Shown: positions 53,569 to 64,000 of the stretch, piece by piece
How the letters are laid out: each line of letters opens with the position of its first letter
How positions within the stretch are numbered: position 1 is the first letter of the stretch
Source of the DNA: Eledone cirrhosa
Taxonomy: Eukaryota
Length of the DNA stretch: 64,000 nt
Direction of reading: 5' to 3'
Assembly (NCBI GenBank): GCA_964016885.1
Contig: OZ024742.1
Span: 329,406,001-329,470,000, forward strand
Program-made: the position numbers and the translations under genes
The notes under the pieces: model-generated
Told to the model about the DNA's origin: nothing
What the model saw: the letters and a program-made list of their open reading frames with translations, nothing else
Database searches by the model: none

Positions 53569-54218
53569 TATAGATAGAGAGAGAGAGATAACGAGTTAGA
53601 TAGATAGATGTCATTGTATTTATTTTCCAAAGACATGTAGCCACATAGATATATATCAGTACATATTTGCTTTTTGTCTTCTTCTGTAAAGTGTTGAGAG
53701 AGAGAGGGGGAGATGTAGGGTGGAGGGGTAATATCAAGTTACCATTTTAGAAACAAATCGCCAACAAATAAATGTCACTGCTCCCTTGCCACTTCTTATA
53801 AATGTATCACAATCTACGAATCTATTTACTACTATGATTCTAAATACCAATATGTCTGTTCATACACTTATTAAAATATTATGTAGCAACAAGATACCTA
53901 GAATGTTATATTATTTGAATAATATTTTGATATCTCGGCATTTTGTGTTACATATTTTTTTCCATTGCTTTAACATATATAACTGCAGTATCTCAAAAAC
54001 CACAGTAGGCATTACACTGAAAAATTGTATGTCTTTGTCGTCACGCATCTGTACAATAGTGCAGTGGAAGCACGCTCAAACATACACACACACACACACA
54101 CACTCATGTATATATATTACATATATATATATTATATACATATATATTAAATATATATATATATATATATGTTTGTCCTCGAAAAAAAAGGCCTGCGAAT
54201 ATATATATATACATATAT

Positions 54219-54346
54219 AGCCGTCGAAACGGCTTGAGCTCTGTCGTCGGGGTTAAATATTTTCCTATTACCCATTCTACTACCCTAAGTATTGAGTACT
54301 CTGGTGCGTTATGGTCTATCTGGTTCCATACCACACTTCCTTCGTT
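54219..54346 (+). mobile_element. Family F2 single arm
   Basis: gccgtcgaaacggcttgag...ctactaccctaagtattgagtactctggtgcgttatgg, nearly matching 21676-21802. Confidence 0.8.
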
Positions 54347-54861
54347 ATATATAAATGCATATTCACAGCTCTTTTTTTCCGATGACAAACATGGTAGTTA
54401 GTAATGCATGTATATGTGTTTGTGTTCACGTGTATGTGTATTTAAATGTGTGTGAGTGTTTAACATCGGGAACTCATGACAAATGCCGTTCTTTAATCAA
54501 AATATATACTGAGTTTTCAAAAAAGCAACACTAAGAAATGAAAATAGATTTATTTATTTCTGCTAAGCTTATGAATAATTTCGTCTTTACCTCGATATTC
54601 CCGCTACAGATATGACATTTACGATTGCATAGCAGACTAGATTTGTATCTCTGTGTTTATATATATACATGTATGTATGTATGTATGTATGTATGTATGT
54701 ATGTATGTATGTATGTATGTATGCATGCATGTATGTATGTATGTATGTTTGTATGTATGTATGTATGTATGTATGTATATCTGTATGCATGTATGTATGT
54801 ATGCATGTGTGCATGTGTGCTTGTATGTATGGATGCATTCATTAGTGGATGAATGTATGTA

Positions 54862-54900
<39 letters not shown>

Positions 54901-54953
54901 TTGTTTGTATGTATACAAACCAACCGACACCATATATACATACACATACACAA

Positions 54954-55051
<98 letters not shown>

Positions 55052-56038
55052 ATGTGTGTGTGTGTGTGTGTATGAGTGTGTGTATGTTTATTGAATGATT
55101 GGACGTGATTCTATGTTCTTTGAGTTCAAATTCCAGCTAAATCAGCTTTGATTTTTATTTCTCTTGGGCGGTAACTGAAATAATATTTTCACAAGTAAAT
55201 AGATGTTTCTGATTTGAATACTTTTCATCCAAATCTTAATGATATAAAATTTAACCTACTCTCGGCATCATGTGAAAAGTGAGATAGCGTCGGAATTAAT
55301 CACAATCTTTTAGGTATTAAATCATGAATATTATATATGTATAACTAAAACATTTGAATATTTGCTATATTGTTTAACAAATATATATTCTATAAGAGTT
55401 CGAACAGTTGATTCACTCGCACGAAAATACATATACGTACGCATACACCTATCTAACTACGATGCATGTATTCAGCAGATTTTATTATAAACCGTTACAA
55501 CTAAACTAAATAGTCCAATATATTAATGTTTCTGTAAACAGCTAGTGGTTAAACAGAATTGTCTATAACGCTGTCTTTCTATATTGATATGAACACAATC
55601 ACAAGGATAATCGTTTATGTTAAGCTATATCAGTTTTACAAAGGTTAATTTGTTGAACACTATATACATATTTCACTTGACGTATATTGGACTTATTTAC
55701 ACACTAATGATGTATACGGCTTCTTAATGGATACATCATATTTGATTGTTAGCAAAAGCGCGTAGCTTAAGGGTTACAGTGAATATGAGTTTGGTTTCAG
55801 GTCGTGTGGGGCCGCACCTGCCTATACTGGGTCACACTGGACCGAACATTCTATATTTGAGAAAGTTATTTAGTGTTGTTATACGTGGAAAATATGTCGC
55901 TTTAATTAAAGAGGTCAGTTTTGTTGCACATTGCATTACACAGAATCTTCCTGAGAATCGCCTTATATGTGCGCGTGTCAGTGAAATGTTCCCATTTACG
56001 CACACCCACACACACATACACACACACACACACACATG

Positions 56039-56070
<32 letters not shown>

Positions 56071-57031
56071 AATGGCTGGGTGTTAGCTTTTGTTTTTATG
56101 CCTTCTAACCTAATCGTCCTTTAAAAATGTAACAAATAAAAGTACTAGAAATAAACTTTATGTAATAGAGCCGATACAATCGGCAATATTCCTTCACGCG
56201 CATAGATCAACATTTCTCCAGTCTAATGACTTAATTCCCAAAAAGTGTTTAAAGCCTGCCTCGAGCCAGGAGGCTCTTTAGACCGGCGCTTATCCCGATT
56301 TCCGTGGCTGTACGTTACTAAGAGTATACGACTACTCCCAGGGCAGGACGCCAGACCATCGCAATCTTAAAAGCCCAGCTATTGATAGTACTCATTGTCA
56401 GCTGGGCATACTGTAGTAACGTGAACTAAAGTGTTGGTCAAGAAGTGTTGGTCAAGAACACACGACACAATCCAATCCAACAATCGAACATACGACATTA
56501 TAATCGAACATACGACATTATAATCAAGTCCAAAACACATAACACTAATGACTAAAACTAGTTAAAAATATATAAATATTTATTTCTGAAAAGACACAAG
56601 TTTGTCGATTTGCTTGTGCCGTTGCACTTTGATAATGATAATTGTTCCAACTCTGTCCACCTGCTATTTTTTTCTTTTGAGGGTCGATAAAAGAAACATC
56701 GAAATTAACTATCTTTCTTTTCGTAGTTATATGATTCACAGGATCTAACGAGGAAGGTCCAATATTGGAATCAACGTTTGCTAAATATCTTAGCGAAACT
56801 ATGTTACCTACTCATAAGATATGTTCGATCTGTAATGACAACAGTTGTTTATATTTTTCTAAAGAAAACAAAACAAAAGACATATAAAACAAATGATGCA
56901 AACACACATACATACACGTACACACACATACATGCACATACACATAAGTATTCACACACAAAGAGTGACACCTTTACAGATATGTTGTCATACATACACA
57001 CAGACACTCACTCATACACATATGCACACAA

Positions 57032-57068
<37 letters not shown>

Positions 57069-57069
57069 C

Positions 57070-57187
<118 letters not shown>

Positions 57188-57908
57188 ATATATATATATG
57201 TATATATACAAAATAGTGTCATGCCCTCTAGATATGAAAACAAATATCTATGTAGTAGAAGATTTACGTAAACAAAACAGTACCCAGCATTAATGACATT
57301 GCCACACACATAATGTAACTACGACCAATCTTCATAATTATATATGTACATCTGATCAAATAGTGACTGAATCATTCCATTTTCAGTGTGTATACTTATA
57401 TTACATGATACGCTCACTTGCTTCTGCTACAACACATTACTAGGATTAAAGCAGACGATCTTGACTCAATGTACTCATTTTATCAATATATAAGTTCCTA
57501 GAGGCGACAAAAATGGACAGTTTCTATAGTGAGAATCGAACTCCTAGTTGCGGTATGTTAGACTGATGTGGTAACATTAAAGCAAAGCTAGACGAACCAC
57601 ATACTTGTCATGTTTAAACCTTTTCTATCTGAATGTGATCAAAGAATCAATCTTAAGCAAGAAGTAAAATTTGATGGTCTAACTGTAGATATTATGTAGA
57701 TAAAAGAACATATGAAAAAAATGACACAAACACTCATACATACACGTTCACAAACACACACACACACACACATGCACACACACACACGCACCCATATACA
57801 CACACGCACATACACACACGTATTCATGCACAAAGAGTGACGCCTTTACCGATATTTTGCCATACATATACACAGACGCTCCCTAATACACATATGCTCA
57901 CACATATG

Positions 57909-58025
<117 letters not shown>

Positions 58026-58111
58026 CTGTAGATACTATGTAGATAAAAACATCGTACAATGTATATACAATACATATACTAAAATTGAAACAGTGCCCCA
58101 GAAGAATCAAA

Positions 58112-58217
58112 TAATTGTTTGTAGTTTTGGCATAAGGCCAGCAACTATAATCAGTGCATTAATGATACTTTATTTTATTGACCCGTAAGGATGAAAGGCA
58201 CATTTACCCTCGGCGGC
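58112..58217 (-). mobile_element. SINE family A, 3' half
   Basis: Reverse complement of the core and tail. Confidence 0.75.
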
Positions 58218-58359
58218 AAAGTGGTAGCTCGGTAGAAACACACATAAGAGTAAATGTTAAATTAATTCATAACATTTGAAAGTAATTTTCATTGACAAGT
58301 AAGAATCACAGAAATATTAAATTCATATGCTACAACAAGGTCTTTTTTGTGTGTGTGGA

Positions 58360-58592
58360 AGACAGTCAGGAGTCACCCATGCATACCAATCTTCCCTCTC
58401 AACGCCAACTATGTTGTCCAAGAAAAAGGGAAAGATAGATACAGCTTAGCATCAGTGACTTCACAACTCATTTACACAGCTATGTGAAATAAAGTGTTTT
58501 GCTCAAGGACACAACGCATAGATGTTTCCGAGATAAGATGTCACAAACTTCAGTTTGTGTGTCTGACACACTAACCACTATGCTGTGCGCCT
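58360..58592 (-). mobile_element. SINE family B
   Basis: gtgaaataaagtgttttgctcaaggacacaacgca...ctaaccactatgc (A-box TAGTGGTTAG on -). Confidence 0.6.
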
Positions 58593-58683
58593 CCACACAC
58601 ACACACACACACACACAGAGACACATATATATATACACACTTACATATGTATATATGAATATGCATATAAACACACACACACA

Positions 58684-58772
<89 letters not shown>

Positions 58773-59991
58773 ATATATGTATATATACATAAACACATAT
58801 CTATATATATGAAAAAGACGTATAATTGTGTACAGGTTACCTAAAACATAATAGAGTAAATAACATATATTAGCTTATGATTAATGTGTAATTTATATAT
58901 CAGAACATAACAAAGTTGTTCATTCTGTACTAAATCTTTAGTGTATTTCATCATATACATATATTCTATCAAGCTGATACAATTTATATATTCTCTGATG
59001 TTATAATTTTAGCGTGATAACGTTGTCAAATGTGTTTACAGAACATGTTATTCATTTATATACTTAAATATATCCCCTGTTTATATTCAATGATTTTTAA
59101 CACTCACAATACATACAATAACTTGAAAGCTCTAGAATTTTGTTGTAGATATTTATCAAAGATGAATGAGTAGTGTATATACATTTGTTATCGTTAATTT
59201 AAGAATCAGCAGAAATAGTTGACTAGATAAAGTTTGCCTCTGATACAAACAACAGAGAGGTCTGTCGCTAGCATTAGTTATACTAGGCAGTTTCTTCGGC
59301 ACAGACTACAGCCAGGCGCATTACTCACTTTTTAATCAACTATTTAAATATGTAATAATTTCCTGCGGTCAATAAATAACCCTTTGTCGTGTAGACATGT
59401 TGAAGAACTATCCAAATCGTTCGAAAGGTTTGTATGATGATATGACCTGTCATATGATTTGGCGTGTGTAAGTTGTGGGTTTCATAGAGGACTCGGCAAA
59501 AAACCAGGTGTTTCAGCATCCGAAAGTATAAGTTGGAATTCTTTCTTTTTAGGATACAAAGGTGTATAACTGGAAAAAAGCCTAAGGGACTATTTATCCA
59601 AGTGCTATTGGATGCGAGTAATATTATAAAATCTTATGTTACAAAGTTTTAATATGAATACAGCAAATATGAATACAGCAAATAATATGAATACAGCAAA
59701 TATACAGTTATAGCGAAGGTATTTCAGCAGATAGAACTTATAATCATGTATTATGTTTAAGAAAAATATGATTTTCTATAGGAAATCTGTCTATATACAA
59801 TTTGAGAGCAACTAACGAATTGCCACTTTTATAGAATTTGCATTACTATGTTTTAAAACAAATAAACTTTTAACAACTGCCTCCCCCCCCCCCCCTACAC
59901 ACATCTATCTCGGTCTCTCTCTCACGCTCTGTCTAGCTCTCTGTCTCACATACACACAAAGACACACTCAAACATGTATATATATATTATT

Positions 59992-60059
<68 letters not shown>

Positions 60060-60166
60060 TATGTGTATGTATGTGTATGTGTGTGTGTGTACATACGTGT
60101 GTGTTATAGTGTAATTTATAAAAACGTTATGGCCTATGTGTAACGCATCCACACATGCGTATATAT

Positions 60167-60351
60167 AACTGTTTCTACTTTTGGCACAAGGCCAGCAATT
60201 AACCCAGTGTATTACTGGTACTTTATTTTATCGACCCCGAAAGGATGAAAGGCAAAGTTAACCTCGGCGGGATTTGAACTCAGAATGGCAAGGGCCGTAA
60301 CTCTATGCGTCAAAGCATGGCGTCCGACCCTCTACTGGTACTGCCAATCCT
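60167..60351 (-). mobile_element. SINE family A
   Basis: Full-length reverse complement of family A. Confidence 0.9.
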
Positions 60352-61036
60352 CTGGTATATATAACATCGATGTATAAGAATATAATTATATTGTAGTACA
60401 GTTACGTCCCTTGCGAGCTCTAATGTTAACATGTGACACCGCACAACCTGTCACGGTCTATTTTTGTTGACTAAATATAGTTTCGTGGCGGGAGGATTGT
60501 GAACACCTTTCTGGATGAAAAACAAAAGCCTGTGGAGAAACTCAGGATTGTCAACGGCCATCCAATACTGTGTAAAACAAACCAGATAGACAGAGCATGT
60601 TAGCAGTGGTTGGCAAACTGTCGAGGGCAAGTATCAGTCTGATTTTAAAACCTGAGTAAATAGGACACCGAAAAGACCTTGCTTACAACCTTTTAAGTTG
60701 CTAACAGGTTCATTCTTGTGACAAAGACAAATCAGTTCCAGCTCAGTAGTCAGATTCCCAATAATTTTCGGACGACAATTCGTCACCCAACGAGGTCCAA
60801 TTTTTTCCCGATGAGAATCATTAACTTACAGCAAATTTGCCCATTTTTCCGCATTCCTCCACCTTCATCAAGGAATATGGGGTCAGAACAAGCACATACA
60901 TTAATAGTTTAGAAACCGTTGGTCGATGATCTGATAAACTTGAGTTTCTTCTGTAACACATTGAGAAAGGCAGACTAAGAGTCCACAGGCACGACCATAA
61001 TGATAATAATAACAATAATAATAATAGTAATGATAA

Positions 61037-61076
<40 letters not shown>

Positions 61077-61137
61077 TATGCGTGTAGAGTTTTGTGTAGG
61101 CGTAAGTTTCTGTGAGACTCTAAATTTATATTCGTAA

Positions 61138-61175
<38 letters not shown>

Positions 61176-61714
61176 ACGTGTGTGTGTTTGTGGGTGCTTG
61201 TGTTTTTATATATATATGTGTGACTTTGTGAGTTAGTGTGTGTCTGTGTTTTGTGTGTTGAACTGTTATCAGCAGTTTATTTTGCAGAACGCTGCACACC
61301 ATTTTGATTCACGTGACGTATTATATAAGAAGGTCAGAAGATAAATTCGCTTCATGAAAAATATATATCTTACGAACACACTTTAAGATTGTTGGAGCAT
61401 AATGCTTGTGAAAAGAGATAGTTTTCCAGTCTTCTCTAGATAAGTATCAAGCAAAAGAAAATGAATGAACGTTAACACAGGAATTGAAAAACAACAAAAC
61501 AACGTTAAGGATAGAAAATGGCGTGAGCATGAGAAAGGAAGATGGGAGAATTTATTATAAAAGTTTCATTGGATTATGGGTAATGAGTGTTTTATTTTAT
61601 CAAACTGCTTTGTGGTAGATGGATGGAGTGACAGCTAAGCAGTTTTCATTTTAGACAGAACGCTGAGGTGATTTGAAGTGTGTTAAAATGAGTGAAGATG
61701 GTTAAAAATGGTGT

Positions 61715-61991
<277 letters not shown>

Positions 61992-62261
61992 AAATGAAGA
62001 GTTAGAAAGATATGTGGAGAACTACACTTTTAATCTAAAGAGAAAATGATTTATAGAGATTTTAGAAGTCGTATATCAAAGAAAGAAACATTAAAGATGG
62101 CTGCAAGATTGCCTACAACCACAAAACACGCCCGTACAGCTACACAACAAATATAGGCATGTATATATTTACACAAACCCACCAATATATGTATATATAT
62201 ATATATTAATATATATATATATATACACATACATATATATATATATATGTGTTTGTGTGTA

Positions 62262-62357
<96 letters not shown>

Positions 62358-64000
62358 TGTATGTGTGTGTGTGTGTATTTGTGTGCGTTTGTTTGTAGGC
62401 CCGATATGGTTGTGATTATGTTTGTCTCTGTGTTTCTCCGCTCGTAAGCGCAAATCGTACAAAAGTATCTCTATCCAGTTCTCAGTGTATAAACACGTAG
62501 GCTTATGTGTAAGAACCTTACATAAACATTTACATGCATACATTTGAGATTGTATGTAAATATGTATGTAAGTGTGAATGTATGCCTGCATGTATGTATA
62601 AATGCATGTATGTATAATGCATGTAAGAATGATATACACACGTAGTTACGCATTTTCACATGGCCGTATATAAACACATCGCTCTCAAACACTTTCTTTC
62701 TCTCTCTTTCTCTCTCTCTCTTTCTTGGTGGTTTCATTATAAGCCAGTGTGTGTGAGTACGCATGTGTGTGTGTGTGTATGTGTGTGTGTGTGTGTGGAT
62801 GTGTGTGTGTGTGATTGTGTGAATGTACACATATTCGTTAAATAAGTATGAGATGGATAGGTTGAAATGAACGTATAACATTTCATGAATGCAAAAGCAT
62901 GTAATATAGCGTAACTGACGCACATATACATATATGTCCACGTTTATATATATATGTAGGGTTGTATATAGGTTTGTATATAAAAACATATATTATATGT
63001 TTGTATGCAATATACATATTCGAGACTCGCTATCAAAGGAAAATGATTTATGGTTCATTAAAAAAAAAAAAATTCTTCTCTTTACTCTGTGATCCTGTCA
63101 CAGAATCTGTGGTAGTCACCGCTGTTTCAAGTTTCGTTAATATCTCATCCATGACATTCACTCAACAGGTACCGGCATGACTAGAATAGACTAGAATCTA
63201 TATAGATCATTCGTGAAGAAATGCGGGATAGTGCATGTGTGTTGGAAATCCTCCTCGCGCTGATCGCTGTCACATCCATACATGGGTCTTTTTTAAGGTC
63301 GGGGAGCAAACGGCCTTGATTCCTGGATGACCGCATGTCACGCGTGTGTATGCATCCTACGCTTATTTTAAATTTCCCTGTTAAGCTGAATGAATTACGT
63401 TAGAAACAAGGAATCTACTAAAACTTCAGGTGTTGTTGCAGATCGTGTGGTTCGACCTCCATATGTGATTATGTCTTATAGCATTTTAAAGCCAACTGGA
63501 GGCTTGTACATTCGGCATTCCACGTTGTATGGGGGTTGTTCCTAATATTTCTTTATGTCTCGAGAGACATAGATACCACCAGAAGCATTTATGGAATCAT
63601 CACTTTCAATATTTCTAATTCTTCATTGGCTGTCAGATTCATGATTAGCACCAATTCGGTGACGTCATCGATGTTGCTGTATACGTTTTCTTTTTGTAGG
63701 TAGTTGTGGTTGCGATAGTGTCGGCGGCTGTGGTTGGCAGCAACGGAGCTCTGTAGTTCCCTGCTGTATTCTGTTGAGGGAATTAAGCTCTTATGTTGAT
63801 GTTATCAAACCATAGATGGCATCGATGCGTGTTATCTTCAACGACATCATGTAGGTCCACACTACTAGGATTATGAATTAAATCCGGGATTTCATACTGC
63901 TCTTCCTGTTATATATGTAGGGGTATCACCAAACTAATCACAGACCATATTTCTGTTCAGGTTATTTTTATATGAGGGTTCCGTTACACTCCATGACAAC

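Noticed and set aside
63100-64000. Possible LINE AP-endonuclease remnant on - (TWNA, VIQES-like words)
   Set aside because: Only two short motifs in broken frames, too weak without a profile search.

Overview
This is AT-rich eukaryotic DNA dense in (TA)n, (CA)n, (GA)n and (CTA)n microsatellites. The SINE content suggests an octopod cephalopod (inference). I cannot support any host protein-coding gene; most listed ORFs are microsatellite translations. The window holds decayed Penelope-like retroelements (PLEs) of Naiad-like and Neptune-like type, about nine copies of one tRNA-derived SINE family, CR1/L2 and Tx1-like LINE fragments, and a non-autonomous Helitron. The main signal is RNA structure. 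A 466-bp tandem array (10 units plus about 1.6 inverted units, 23758-29165) carries an intact minimal type I hammerhead ribozyme in every complete unit, set in a strand-specific, highly structured monomer, which makes it a retrozyme-like, probably circRNA-producing array. At least six unrelated families of short hammerhead-bearing fold-back elements also sit inside (TA)n tracts with their 3' ends pointing outward. Structures were read by eye, and element boundaries are approximate unless stated.
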